Source: the human T2T-CHM13v2.0 reference genome, Homo sapiens. Taken from it: 64,000 bases of DNA. The position numbers were made by a program, and so were the translations under genes. The notes beneath the pieces are model-generated. The model had not been told where the DNA came from and did not search any database. It saw only the letters and a program-made list of their open reading frames with translations. The stretch lies in the NCBI RefSeq assembly GCF_009914755.1, contig NC_060931.1; one strand, written 5' to 3'. Shown piece by piece: positions 1 to 17,606 of this stretch (within the stretch, counting starts at the first letter, position 1; the number at the start of each line of letters is the position of its first letter).

Positions 1-149
1 AAAACACTAAGCTCAAATAACTAGAACCAAACTTAGAAAAATAAATACAACTGTATTTCATTTCAAAATAACAAATTACATAATTTAGGAAATTTCTATT
101 GATAAGAAATCCAGTAACATCAGAAAAATAACATTCAGATCATGAGACG

Positions 150-290
150 TAACTGTCTCTCGTACTTCTCTTGTCGCATCATCGGGTGTATTGTGTTTTA
201 TTCTTGGAAACACATTTTAAGAGGACACTAATAAACTGCATTATGCCAAGTAGAAGATACAATGGAAATTCAGGATGATAAGGGATCAGG
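150..290 (+). mobile_element. L3/CR1 LINE fragment (old)
   Basis: tgtattgtgttttattcttgg...cacattttaagaggacactaataaactg resembles the CR1/L3 ORF2 3' region; a second piece lies near 1345-1460. Confidence 0.45.
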
Positions 291-344
291 AAACAATTTT
301 ATAAATTATGCAACATATTAAATATAACTCCAAGATTTTACCCT

Positions 345-970
345 TGTACTCCAACCCCTACTGATAGTCTATTGTCAACACTGCAGCAGAGCTCATCTCT
401 TAAAAATATGTCACAAAATGTCTCTTCTCCTCTTAAAACTCTACAGTAGCTCCACAAAGTCCTTACAAGTGTCTGCAAAGCTGCATATAACCCTTCCTCC
501 ATCACCCCTCTTAGCTTGTTGGCTTCTACAATCTTCCTGTTTGCTTACTCTGCTCGGGTCACTGTGGCTGCTTTGCCGCTTTGCGTAAGGTTGTTCTTTC
601 CACCTGGAACACTCTTCCCCAGTCACACGGCTAATCTCCCTCATTCTTTCAAGCCCTTGTTCGAATATCACTCCAAAGAAACCTACTCAGGGCACTCTAT
701 GAAACTTGCAAGCCATCCTTTTTCCTGAATCCCCATTCCTTCACCTGGCATTCGTTTCCACAGGACTTACCGATATTTAAAAATTATTTAAATATTTCAC
801 TTATTGACTATGGTTGTTGTTATGTTTGATTTGTTTGTTTTCAGCTATCTCTCTTTGCTAAAATGAAAGCTCCATAGGCGCAAGGGTCCTCTTTTTGTTC
901 ATGGATCTGTCCTGAATTCTCAAAATGAAATAGGAAATGTAGTAAGATGTCAATAAATACTTTTAAAGTG
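345..970 (+). mobile_element. L2 (L2a-like) 3' end fragment
   Basis: Typical L2 motifs: cctggaacactcttcccc, aagctccat, and terminal tcaataaatac. Confidence 0.6.
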
Positions 971-1064
971 TCGTTCTTTCAACAAAAAAAAGACAAAGCC
1001 TTATGATGTTAGAAGGCCCTTAATAAAAACTGTAGTAGATTTAAACTTTCACTGTATAGTATAG

Positions 1065-1275
1065 TATAGACCAATAAAGCAATAACAATACAATGATGAA
1101 AATGTTTGCCACAGTATCCAGGTTAGTAGCCACTAGTCACATACGGTTCTTGAGCACTTGAAATGTAGCTGGTATGGCTGAAGAACTGAATTGTTTATTT
1201 TATTTAAGTTTAATTAAAATTTACATTTATATAGCCACATAGGCTAGTGGTAACCTCATAGGAAAATGTAGCTCT
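1065..1275 (+). mobile_element. MER3 hAT-Charlie DNA transposon
   Basis: gtagccactagtcacat...ttgagcacttgaaatgtagct...atagccacataggctagtgg matches the MER3 motif. Confidence 0.75.
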
Positions 1276-1416
1276 AGAAAGCATAAACTAAAGCCACTGA
1301 GTAAAGGTTAATGTGAAATCGTTTTGTTGAATTAAGGAAGAACATCCCAATCAGAGTTATCCAAAAATGGAATGGGCTGTCTCACAAATAGAATGAGCTC
1401 TACCTCAACAAAGTAG

Positions 1417-1797
<381 letters not shown>

Positions 1798-2018
1798 ATG
1801 CCCAGGTAGGTTTGATGCACTACTAAGTTAATGTAATTTCCAAATTCAGTGCCCTATTATGCTTTTTAGAGCTGAAATCCATGTCTACTGAAATGTGTTT
1901 AGTAATCCTATAATGGAAGAAAATACAGTATTCCAAAAGTAATAAGTAGTATACTTATTTATACTTATCACTTTAAACAATTTTTTCTTTAAATTCTGTT
2001 AGTGAAGGGCAATGGAGA

Positions 2019-2024
<6 letters not shown>

Positions 2025-2071
<47 letters not shown>
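2025..2071. repeat. (CA)n microsatellite, about 23 units
   Basis: Read directly from sequence. Confidence 0.98.
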
Positions 2072-2075
<4 letters not shown>

Positions 2076-3167
2076 AAAGATAACAGAACAAAACAGTTGT
2101 TTTGTCATCACTTTTGGATATGAAGCCAGGCTCTTTAATGTAATATAAGGAGTGTGGACTTTAGAGTCATAGCGAGAGTCATGGAGGCTCCAGATACTCT
2201 GAGGAATTACCATTCTCTGATGGTTGAAGACTACTACATGTCCATCAGTGTCGGTCTTCTTTACTTTCATAGTAATAGAATTGTGTCTAGCTATGGCTGC
2301 CCACCCAGGAAAAACATGTCCCTAAGTCTCTGCAGTAGTCGTTGATATGGGACTAAGCTCTTGCCACTGCAGTACAAAACAGAAGTAATGTGTGCAACTT
2401 CTGCTTTGCTAATTTAAGAGGGAATCTTTAGCTCTAGCCATCTGTTCTTTGTCTCGTTCCACTGGCTAAAATGGCAATAATCAAAGAGACCTTGAATTTT
2501 TTTAACAATGTGAATATATTATTTGTTCAATAAGTTAAAAACACATCTATTACATTTTAATCTATATCGGGACTAGTTAATAACATAGAAAACATAAGGT
2601 GTTTCCCTCAAAGCAAAAAAAGTGTTTTAAGTATCTGATTTTCTCAAAATCAAAACTGTTGTGATTTCTTTCTCAACAATCTAATGTTAGATTTGCAATA
2701 CAAAGTTTGGCAATAGTCCTGATACAGTGATGAACATGACAGGACAAACTTTATGATTGCTACTATGACTGGTGACTTTACTTTTTAATTTGAAAAGCTT
2801 CATATGCAAAAGGAAAAGTCTATTTAAAGCAATGGCAAAGGCACTGGTGGGCAGGTGCCTTTCTTTTTTTCCTATATGGTACTTAGTGTTTGATGACGAC
2901 AAACACACTTAGATTTAAGACTGTAATTTTAGATGGCATTCAAAGGATATGAATCAGTTTCCTGATACAAACATGTAATTAAAATCAAACAATGAGAATT
3001 GTTAAACATGGCATTGCCCAACAGATTGTTTAATGATGGACTTCCTTTCCCCCCTAGTTGAAAGGTAAGGGTTCGTTGCAACTATTCAGTAGTCTAAATA
3101 CAATTTGTGACTTAAAATATTTTTCAAAAAAAGTGTTCACCTTCTGTCTATATTTTCTCATGGGTGA

Positions 3168-3500
<333 letters not shown>

Positions 3501-3731
3501 CAATAGGCATTTTATTAAGCAAAAGTGTTTTTGTTTGTTTGTTTGTTTTGTTTTGTTTTCCCACCAAAGTTTGCCAAAAGTCAAAGGTTAGCTGAAAAGA
3601 CTCATTGTATTTCTGATATAATGAATTGTAATTAGGGTACCTAAAGTTTATCATAATAAATAGGACATTTAGTTTATAATATAAGCAGATGGAAAAGTTT
3701 ACCCAACTTACCTAAAAAGATAGGGTTTTGT

Positions 3732-3875
3732 ATTGTTGCCATTTTCTATTATTCTATTCTCCAAGTTTAACAAAAACACATTCAATTCCAGTACTCGTTA
3801 GAAGTTTTAGCAAGTTATTGAAATCATATATAATCAGGTCTGTTTACCCAGGAGAGTACTAAAATCCTGAAGATT
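3732..3875 (+). repeat. Local duplication A, copy 1 (~140 bp)
   Basis: Aligns with 5323-5470 (tattctccaagtt...gtactaaaatcctgaagatt). Confidence 0.9.
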
Positions 3876-4607
3876 TTCTCTTGGGTAAAATAGTCTATCA
3901 TTTTAAAAGGATCTGAAAGAATTCCTAAAACATTTGATATGCATTAAGTTACAAGGTTATAAATGAATATATTCCAATATGCTAGTAGAACAAAAGTCAA
4001 CTTTCTAAAACATATTCTTAAGGCAAATTCTACCAAACATACAGTGATTATAAAGATAAGGAGGCAGGTAGAAGAGAAAGATAATTATTTATATGTTTAA
4101 TCTTTGTAAATAAATCAAGTCTATGCTATAAACCTCAAATCCTCCAAGAAAATGAACAAATGCATTCAGTTTCAAAATCACTTTAACTCATTTCTCCTAA
4201 AACTTCTCTAATTCAGTCACACCATAAACCACTCCTTAGTTTCCTACTTTAACATTTGCCTTCTGATACCACAAACTGAACTGCATAAATCAAGAAGGCA
4301 GAAATGGAGGAATATTGGAATATACATAATGATTATGCAATAAAAATGAGATTCAGGTTTTGGAATAATAGTCCAATCTATTTTAATTTTTTTGCTTTGG
4401 TTTTTAGAAGACTTTTTCCATAAACACAAAAGTAGATTTCTTTAGATTTGAGGCATTTTTAAACCTCTTTAGCTGAGTAGTCTCGGAATTTTTATATTTA
4501 TCTTGTAAAAATATTAAGCAAGGGTGATTTCAGTTCCATCTCACTTTATATACTCTGAATAAAAATCTAGATGATGAAATAAATTAACAAACAAGACGGA
4601 TTTGTAT

Positions 4608-4885
4608 AGCCGGGTGCGGTGGCTCACGCTTGTAATCCTAGCACTTTGGGAGGCTGAGGCGTGTGGATTGCCTGACTTCAGGAATTCAAGACCAGCCTGG
4701 GCAACACAGTGAAACCCCGTCTCTACTAAAATACAAAAAAATTGGCCGGGCATGGTGGTTCACGCCTGTAATCACAGCAGTTTGGACTTTGGAAGGCCGA
4801 GGCGGGTGCATCCTGAGGTCTGGAGTTCGAGACCATCCTGGCCAACATGGTAAAACCCTGTCTTTACTAAAAAAAAAAAAAAAAA
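4608..4885 (+). mobile_element. Atypical Alu made of two left-arm monomers
   Basis: Both halves end in aaaccc(c/t)gtct(c/t)tactaaaa; no right arm; TSD aaga(c/a)ggatttgtat at 4593-4607 and 4886-4900. Confidence 0.85.
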
Positions 4886-4949
4886 AAGAAGGATTTGTAT
4901 ATTGTGTTAATTGTGCAAAGTGTTTTTAACTTATAAAAGCAGATAATGG

Positions 4950-5575
4950 GTTTCCAGTTGAGAAAAGATGGTGTAAATTCATTTCTTTATGTTCTTCCAT
5001 GCAAAGTGAAACTATAAACCCTGAAAATAACACCAGAGGCAGACAAAGGAGAATTTTGAAACATGTAATAAGGAAGACAGAATGACTAGAGAACTCAAGA
5101 CTGGAAATTCAATATTTTAAGGTAGCTGAGTACCTTAAAACCCTTACCCAACAGAAAAAGATGATCTAAGCCCAAGCCAGTAACAGAAGGCAGTCCACCT
5201 AGATGAATTCCTCCACCTGAGTGTCCAATAGATCAACAGGTGCAAAACCAAGATGAAAAAAGGTGCTAGAATTATCTGACGAGGAATTTAAAGCAAGGAT
5301 CACAAAAATGCTTCAACAAGCATTTTTGCTATTTTTTTATTACTAGGCATATTCTCCAAGTTGAACAAAAACACATTCAATTCCAGTACTCTTTAGAAGT
5401 TTAAGAAAGTTATGTAAATCATTTATAATCAGGTCTATTTACTCAGGAGGGTACTAAAATCCTGAAGATTGAATCAAATGTGAAAATCAGAATGTCTCCA
5501 CAAAGAAATGGAAGATACAAAGGGGAAAAAGTGGAAATTTTAGAACTGAAAAAGATAATAACTGAAAAAAAGTCC
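4950..5575 (+). mobile_element. Old L1M 5'/ORF1 fragment interrupted by duplication A copy 2
   Basis: gaattatctgac...tttaaagc...aaaatgcttcaacaagca and gaaattttagaactgaaaaa are L1M ORF1 motifs. Confidence 0.6.
5323..5470 (+). repeat. Local duplication A, copy 2
   Basis: Diverged copy of 3732-3875. Confidence 0.9.
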
Positions 5576-6529
5576 TAAACGTCATAATATGCTAGTCATT
5601 AGTAAAAGCTGACACAAGTGAAATAATTTATCATTATTATTGAAGATAAGTGGTAAAATAAGCTGGAATCTTTACTGACAGATTATGATTTAATAAATTC
5701 CATTTATGTAATTTTTAAACACCCAACTGATTTTATGGAAATAAGCTTAATTTGGTTAAATAATAAGTTAGTGAATTCAGTAACAGTGACTTAAAAATAA
5801 AAATTCCATTTCCCTAAGACTCATCTGGCCTTAAACACTATTTATAAAATATGTTTGTGATTCTTTTTAAACTACCTATATAAGGACACCATTCTTTATT
5901 AAAACCAAATTAAACGCATATTTATTCATTTTGATATTATCAACACTCAGTACAAACATTTTTCTTGTAATTCATCTCGTGGAATTTTACAATTTCCCGA
6001 AGTAATTCATCTTATACTCACACTAGATTTAAAGTCATTAACAATTATTTGAAGATTATTTTTTCTCCGTATCGAATGAAATCAGAACATTTACTAGGCA
6101 GAGAACACTTCTTTTAGAAGGCAAAATTCATGAGTTTTGCCTCATGACTCCTTATGAGGATCCGTATGAGTTCTAGCATAAGCCAGTTTTTGATTGTTAG
6201 AATTATTTGGGATATCAACCACAAGATGTAAGCTAGTTTTCTGATGAATAAAACTTGGGGTCAAAAGAGAATATTTTTTCCCAAAAGAATATGAGAAATT
6301 TGAAAGATTTTTAAAGAATAAGTTGATTGGCAGAGTTTAAAATAACCTAATTATTGTAGAATAAGTGATTTTTGGTGGACATTTCTATCAGTCTTCAAGG
6401 AAAACCAACATTTTCCTCTTTAAACATGCTGTATCACAAAATAAATGCACCAGTGAATCCAGAACAATTTTGATTCCTTCTTATAATCTGATTCCTTCCT
6501 TTAAATATGAATTAAAGGAGAGAATTGCA

Positions 6530-6765
6530 GAGACCTACATTTAATAAGTGCCTATGGTATACCAGATACTGAGTTAGGTGATTTGTGTTATATCCTTCTC
6601 CCAAGAACGCTGTTGTGACTAGTGTTACCTGAATTTGAAAGATGATGAACTAATTTAAGACACCAGATTAAATACCTTTCTTCAGGTCACATATTAAACA
6701 GGAGTTGAGCCTGGAATAAAACACACTTTCCCTTTTGTCCAGAGTCCGTTCTCTATCATCCTGCT
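6530..6765 (-). mobile_element. MIR SINE (degenerate)
   Basis: catttaataagtgcctat...ccagatactg...aggtcaca MIR-like motifs. Confidence 0.5.
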
Positions 6766-9700
6766 GTCTCAAACTACTGCCAGGTGTGATTTGGTTGTTC
6801 AGCATTCAGATGAAGAGCTAACAGAGCTTTTATCTTCACAGCTGAATGTTATTGTCCTCAAAGTCAGATGTGCTGTCTCCTTCTTCATTGCATATTCATT
6901 CAATATCAAAGAATAAAATTGAGAAGAAAGTGCCGACAACTCATGGTCTAAAAACTGTGTGCGCACAGCAGTAGTCCTTGTCAAAAGGCAGTAGACAAAA
7001 GTAAGAAAACATTTCTGATCAAAACCTAGTTGTTTTTCTAGTTGCCTTTCTCCATTTCCAGCTGCTTCAGGCTTTCACTTGGCAGCAGGAATTTAATGAC
7101 AGCTGCTGCAAGGATTATGATGAGAGGCTTCCTACTTTAACTGATCTTCTGGACAGGCTAATAGCTTTGCTCTGTCATTGATAGGTCCAATCTAGTGCTG
7201 GTGACAGATAGGAAATTTAGCCTTATTACCATTCACCTAAAAGCTGATCCAAAATTAGACACAGAAATAGAATTATGTTGTTCCATTTGGTTTAAATTGC
7301 GATGTAAGTTAAAGGACTAAGTGAATAAGATTGTCTATAAATGGGAAATTATTTATTAGTTGTCTTGGCTTTTTAGGAGCACAAAAACATTTTACTACAA
7401 GAACAGCAGCAATTGGGCATTATCCCTCCAAATCCCAGAAGTAATTTAGCAGCTGTAATGGATTCATAAATGACAGAATTATTTCTCCCAAAGAATATAA
7501 CTAGTACAAAACATTAATGACTAAACCAAAGCAAATTCGAGAATGATATAAAGATTTGTCAAAAGTGTAAGTAGTTTACTCAATTTTATTGACTGAAATT
7601 TTTGTATTTCATGTGAAACAGTGCATCTTAGAATGAGTTTTTATCACACTTTTTAGTTCTTCACGCATTCATATAAAATTTTTCAGCTCTCATCAGTCTC
7701 CCATCCTTATTCCCATTATTCTCACAAAATAGCCTGCCTCCTACTTTGCTGCAAACTTCCATACCTCGAATTCCTGCTTACTCTATATCCCTTCTTACCT
7801 CTAGGTGTTTTTGTAAGTTTACCTGTGCTTTTATCATTTTTGGTGGTTTCAGAAGGGGTTTCTTGCTTTTTGGTCTAACCTCTCCCATTTTTGTCATTAA
7901 TTCAGAAACCGTTTAATTCGTGTCTGTTCAGAGCCAAGAACTGTAGGAAGTAGGAATTAAAGACTAGTAATTCCTCCTGAAGGCATTCACTGCCATATCC
8001 TTGCCATCCATTATATTCGATCACACTTGTAGCATTAGGCTTACACTTTCCATGGACTCATTTTCCTCTGCATCTAAATAAACAACTACAGTACAGGAAA
8101 ACAAAAGAAACTTATCTCTGTTCAACTACTGTCCTGTATCTTACCTTGCTATTGCCTCTCAATTTCTTAGTAACATTTGTGTCTACAAAATTTGTTTTCA
8201 TTTACTCAGCATCAAGAAGTTTTTTAGCCTTACACACCTGATTTCATCACACCACTCTTCTGAAATTTATTGAAACATATCTATGGTCTCTCACTGACCT
8301 TCTTTGTACTTCTTTTTTTTATGGCTTATTTTCAACAATTATGATAACTTTTGAATTCAGCACCTTCATTTCTGGGTTTGTGATGGTAAATTTTTATTGC
8401 TGTCTTTCCAACTTCTGTGGCTTTGCTTTTCTCTATGTCTTATTTGCCAGTAATTGGCTTCTGTAAATGCCTAAATATGGATATTACCCAAGGTTGTTTT
8501 CCATCTTTTAAAATTTTCTTTTGACAAAACTATCTGTTATCAAGTCTTCAACTGTTGCATTAGTGTAATTGTTTTACAGGTTTTTGTGGTTGTTGTTCTT
8601 AGGGGGAATAGAACCAGCTAGCCTCCATCAGGGGCTGAGATATATTTATCTAAGACACAGGGTGGAAGGAAATCGTTTTGAACAAAACTATAGCAGCTTT
8701 GTTTTTATGTATTTATTTTAAAAGTCTTTCAATGTAATATAGTGATAGTCTCTTACATTGTCCCAAAGATCTGCTAAACTCACTTCATAATTAGTAAAAT
8801 ATTTGCATATGTGATGTCAGCATTTATAAAGAAGAAACCATTGGGTGATGAGTCATGCACCTTCAATGACAATATAGGAAAAAAAAAAAGGGAGTGATAC
8901 ACTTTGTAGGAAGGGGCAATCCTCAAATCACATTTACTTAAAAGATAAACCCTGCCTGCTGCAGGGCACCGAGTTTCCTGGGTCATTGTTATATAAACCT
9001 CAGAAAGTGGTGTTTCTTGAAGAAAACTGGGGAAGAGTTTAGAGAATATATACCACAGAGTTGTTCTATACTCCAGTGTGGTTTGGTAAAGTTCAGGCCT
9101 TTCCATAGGACTTTTTCTTTTCTATCAAAAGCGTAAGATCTATTTGACATCTTATTCAAGACAAGAACATCTTTTTAGCCATAATTTTGTGGCTAAACCC
9201 TCAGAATCTGGGGGCCTCATTCTAAAACTGAGAAATTATATGTCAAATGGTGTGTTACTTATACATATGTTGCTGTTAATATTTTTTAAGTTTTTTTGGT
9301 GTAAGAACAATTCAGGATTTACCTAATTCTCTTGTTGGATAATAGGGAAGCTTACATAGTATCTGACTGCCTCTTGTCATCTCCAAATTCTCTCCGTCAT
9401 AAACCTAGAATCCATTTGTTCCATTGCCAGTCATGAACGAAGACAACTATTAACATTAATTGTAAGCCTATATAATTTTTCATATGGAATCCTGACAACT
9501 GAACTTCCTAAGATGATTACTAATATAAGTACAGGCCCTAAAGGCACACTACAAAAGAATATAGGCAAATCGTTTTATTGCATCAACACTGTAGTTAAGT
9601 GTTTTATTACATTGATTGCAGTATGAGTTCCATTCACATAAGTATTTACTACTCTATACTAGTTTGATGTCCATAAATGTTTTAGTAAATTACTTAATTG

Positions 9701-10162
9701 ATCTATTAATGTTGAGTGCAAATATCTCTCTCAGTTGCATTTTTCAGTCTTAAGTTTTTGTGTGGAATATTGAAAATTGTATAGTTTGTTAACTGTGGCT
9801 AGGTAATCTTGGTTGAATATACAGTTTCCCTTAACAGTTTTTCTCTTGTGGAACTGCTAAGTGAATATGTACCAAAGTTAAATATGACAGTACTTTCTAG
9901 AATTAAAAAGTAAACACCTTAGCTGTAAAATGTCTTTTTCTTCCAAAAATAAAATATCCTGATAATAATTTATTTATTGTAGATGCTTGAATAATCTTGA
10001 AACATTAGATTGTAGATGTAGATGTTACATTACTGACTACATCCTGCTCTGAGAATTTCTAGAACTCTAACCCTTCAGATTATCTGGTAAGTAATTATGT
10101 CTTTTAAAACATCTTTTAAAAAATCATTTGGTTCTTTCCCTGGTTGTACATAAAGAAGGAAA

Positions 10163-11196
<1,034 letters not shown>

Positions 11197-11405
11197 TTCA
11201 TCTTTATTTCTTAAAATGGGAGATATATGTAGAAATAACCTGTTCTAATCCCTTTTCTGTTGACTGCCCTCAGAAAAATAGCATCAAGGATAGGAATATC
11301 AGTCTTAGACTGATATACCATGGCATAGGCCTGTGGTCCTAAAATTTGATAAATAATGCTTATATGGGGATGGAAATGCCTCTTGCTTAAAGGCAGATAT
11401 GATAT

Positions 11406-12561
<1,156 letters not shown>

Positions 12562-14391
12562 AAGCTTAGCTTTAAAATATGAAAAGAATTTATGGTTATG
12601 GGGAGGCTACTGGCAGATTTAAAAGGTAAAAGGCTGGATAGCACATAGAACATTCAATATTTGGATAGTATTTCAGGTAAGCTGAATATATATGTAGGCA
12701 TGCAGTGGATATACACACGGGAAAACTAATGTGGCAATAGATCATATAGACTTTCAACGTCAGGCCTATGGATTCCTATTATTTGGCAGGCACTATCATT
12801 GGCAGGAAGGGGTACCAATAACTTTCAAATTTTTTAAGAAACGAGGATATAATAATAAATGTTTAAGATTAACCAAGCAGAATCAACTCAAGAAGTTAAG
12901 ATTAACTTAAGAAGAATCAGCAGCAAATATGTTATGGGCAGGGAGACCGGTTTTAAGAACTTTTCTTTTTTGTTGTTGTTAAAGGACTAGAATAACAGTA
13001 TTATTAGGGTAGTGATCATTGGCATGAATGAGAAAGGCTAGAGAAAAATACATTGGCAAGCAAACAAAAATACATCATCAGAACAGAGAAAACAGATTGA
13101 ATATGGCAGAAATGAAGAGGTTTTGAGCCAGAATAAATGGGACAATAATCCTGAATAGAAACAGACAAGTCTGGGGAAGGCTCCATTCAGAGGTGGAGGG
13201 CAGGGACCATGGGTTTGTTTTCAGGCATGATGAATTAGGGCCAAAGGATAACAACAGGATGAGAACGTTCAGGGCACATTTGGAATTTCTTGGGGGAGAT
13301 GATGACATGAGATAGAGATTTGAGAATCATCCACAAAATAAATCAAGAAACAAAAACAATTCAACGAGAACTTTTTTGTCTTAAAGCGAATGTTGTGCTG
13401 AGGGGTTCTATTTCCTACCATAAGAGTTCTGGACTTCTTTTTTGTGTAAGTGCCCTTCCGTATAATTCAGTGCAATGATTATCACATGGATGTCATGCTG
13501 TAGCATGAGAGCTATTCGTAGGAACAGGGCACCATGGAATTGTTTTCATCTGCTAATTGTTTAGTATTTTGGTAACCGCTTTATCAGTTCAAAGTTTCTT
13601 TAACTTCCAGTGCCATGCCAGTGCTGTCACCATAACAAGCTGAGGAATGCAGAACACTCCTCCGAATTCCGTTTTGGCAGAAAAATCTTTCACGGGGTTT
13701 TAAGCTTGAAGTCAGTTCAGTTTGTGATCTCTTAGAACATCACATTTCACTAGATTCATTCATTAGCCTTTTAATAACCAACAATGTGAAATCTAACCTG
13801 TTAAAATACAGAGAGGTGGGGGTAGAATCATATAGTATTAATACAATTTCTAGGAAGTATTTTACTAAGACAAGGACCAGGATTGCAGAGCAACTAACTG
13901 GGGCTTTTGTGAGAATCTTATTTTAAAAATTTAATAGTGAAGGTAGGTAACAGCTAATAGAAAAATAAGTGAAAATTGAAATAAGAGGCAATCTTTAGTC
14001 TTTCCACTTTGGCAAATAACTAGATAAAATCCTCCTCTACATTGTTATAGGGATTGAAAACTGGTTATATTTTTACAGGGAAAATTCTGTGGGTAAAAAT
14101 GAGAAAAATGACTGTAACTTTTCTTTCAATGTCCTACTTCTGGGAGCCTGAGGCTACAAAGATAAAAATACTAATGCATATTATTTTGTTAAATAATAGA
14201 TAAAAACTTAGCCTTATAGGAGAGGATACACATAGTTTGAAACAGTCATATAATTAAATAGTATACAGTTATTAAAACTAATAATATAAATGTGTTATAG
14301 AAAGAGGTTCATAAAGTATTTATTAAATGAAAAAGCTAATTACAGAATATTTTTGATCATATATATAGATGTAGTTTTTCAACATTCAACA

Positions 14392-14565
14392 AAAAATATT
14401 TAAAAAATTAGCCAGGCATGGTGATTTGCACATGTATTCCCAGTGACTCAGGAGACTGAGGTGTGGGGATCACCTGAGCCCAGGGAGATTGAGGCTGCAG
14501 TGAACTGTGATTGCACCACTATACTCCAGCCTAGGAAACAGAGTAAGACTCTATCTCTAAAAAAT
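14392..14565 (+). mobile_element. AluJ right monomer / FRAM-like
   Basis: ggatcacctgagcccagg...gaggctgcagtga. Confidence 0.8.
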
Positions 14566-14848
14566 TTAAGAAAATATAACAAAAAATGCATGGTTTCACT
14601 TTAACTAAAATAAATATGCTCAAGTAGCCACATACTCTGGCCCCATACCCATCAGACCAAAGGAAATGTCTGTCCTATAGGATAGGCCTTCTGCCTTCCC
14701 TGGAGTCCTGGCCTTTGTGTGGTACCTCAGGAAGAACAGATGGCAGTCATTGGAGAGGAAGTCTAGAATTATGCCTGCATTGGAAAGGGTGGAGAGCAAG
14801 TCACAGAACAAAGCAAAGGAGAATAGATCTTAAAAAAAAAAAAATCAG

Positions 14849-15128
14849 GATCAGGAATGGTACCTCACACTTGTAATCCCAGCGCTTTGGGAGGCTTAGG
14901 TGGGCCTATCACTTGAGGTCAGGAGTTCAACACCAGCTTGACCAACATGGTGAAACCCTGTCTTTACTAAAAATACAAAAATTAGCCGAGCATGGTGGCG
15001 CATGCACTACTTGGGAGTCTGAGGCAGGAGAATTGCTTGAACCCAGGAGACAGAGGCTGCAGTGAGCCAGGATTGCATAACTGCACTCTAGCTTAGGTGA
15101 CAGAGGGATACTCTATCTCGAAAAAAAT
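14849..15128 (+). mobile_element. AluS with small internal deletion
   Basis: Dimer; ggcgcatgc|actacttggg lacks ctgtaatcccag. Confidence 0.9.
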
Positions 15129-15138
15129 ATATATGTAT

Positions 15139-15502
<364 letters not shown>

Positions 15503-16561
15503 TCAAAAATTATGAGCAATTATGATACAGGTTGAGACACTGAGATAGAAAAGCAAGTTTTAAAAACTTGTATTATAAATATACTCTAGCATCAGTGTAT
15601 TCTAGAGAAATACTGGTGAATAACTGGATCTTGATCAAGTTTAATTTTGTAGGACATTATTTTTTTAAGTGTAACCAGCTGCCCAGATTAACCCACAATT
15701 TACTCACTTTCATGTAAGTTAGGCCATTTTTACAGATTTAATAAAACATGATTTTAAAGTAACTATTTATATTTCTTCTTTTTTCTAAAACAATGGTAAA
15801 ATTAGGGGTGGTTTCATTCTGCTAAAGAGAATTGATAAACAATTTCTTTTCATGCTATTACTTTATATACATACACACACACACACACGGTTGATTTATT
15901 TATAGCCACCAAATAGGCACCAGTATTTCTAGATTTTAAAAGTAGAAGAAAGGGTCTTTTGATGGTAACAACTAACCCAGCACAAGTCTTGGACACCCAA
16001 CAGACCCTCACAAGGTACATGTCTGTATAACTTGACAAAATCACATTGATGGTCCTTTATTTCATTCTTTCATTGGATCATGAGAGTTTGAAATAAGGGC
16101 TTTGAAGCCACGCTGACTGGGGTTTAAAACCACTTTATGTGAGCTAAACATGTTACTTCTAAGCTTCAGTGTTCTTAAAAATAGAGAAGAAAGGAAAAAA
16201 GCAATAGGTCTAAGGGTTACATACTAGCTATCTTCTCCTTTTAATACACTTTATATCTAGTGACTTTCATGTACATCTCTTTGGCCAGAATGACCACACA
16301 TACTACAAGCTGCAAAGAAGTCTGAGGAACCTAGCATTTTAAGCTGGGTTCATGGCCACTCAAAACAAAATAACAGAGTTTGTTTAAGTAGAGAAGTAGA
16401 AGAGAACAGATATTTATAGATACTTAAGCAATTACATGGGGATAATAATATTCACATGGGGATAACATCAATCCCACAAATACTGTCATAAAGACAAAGT
16501 GATCTTATAGACACACTGCACACCATACACGATAGAGAACATAATACTTTGTAATGAGTAT

Positions 16562-16920
16562 TGTATTAGTCCGCTCTCAAGCTGCTAATAAAGACACACC
16601 TAAGCCTGAGTAACTTATAAGGGAAAGAGGTTTAACTGACTCGCAGTTCAGCATGGCTGGGGAGGCCTTAGGAAACTTACAATCATGGTGGAAGGGGAAG
16701 CAAACATGTCCTTCTTCACATGGAAGCAGCAAGGAGAAGTGCAAGGGAACTCTCATTTACAAAACCATCAGATCCTGTGAGACTTATTCACTACCATGAG
16801 AACAGTATGGGGAAAACTGCCCCTGTGATTCAATTATCTCCACCTAGCCCCACCTTTGACACGTGGGGATTATTACAAGTCAAGATGAGATTTGGGTAGG
16901 GATACAGCCAAACCATATCA
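16562..16920 (-). mobile_element. THE1 (THE1C-like) MaLR solo LTR
   Basis: tgtattagtcc...ccaaaccatatca ends; 5-bp TSD AGTAT. Confidence 0.9.
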
Positions 16921-16969
16921 AGTATATAAAAATCTTTTTCAATTATCCTGGTTTGAACAACATACCTAA

Positions 16970-17606
<637 letters not shown>

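Noticed and set aside
7062-7181. Open frame LLQAFTWQQEF...LLCH after a splice-acceptor-like site as a coding exon
   Set aside because: It is only 39 codons, shows no recognisable homology, and has no good donor before the stop.
8780-9106. 108-aa ORF in unique DNA (likewise 37471-37770 and 45533-45871)
   Set aside because: No recognisable domain, and lengths are within chance expectation for 64 kb read in six frames.
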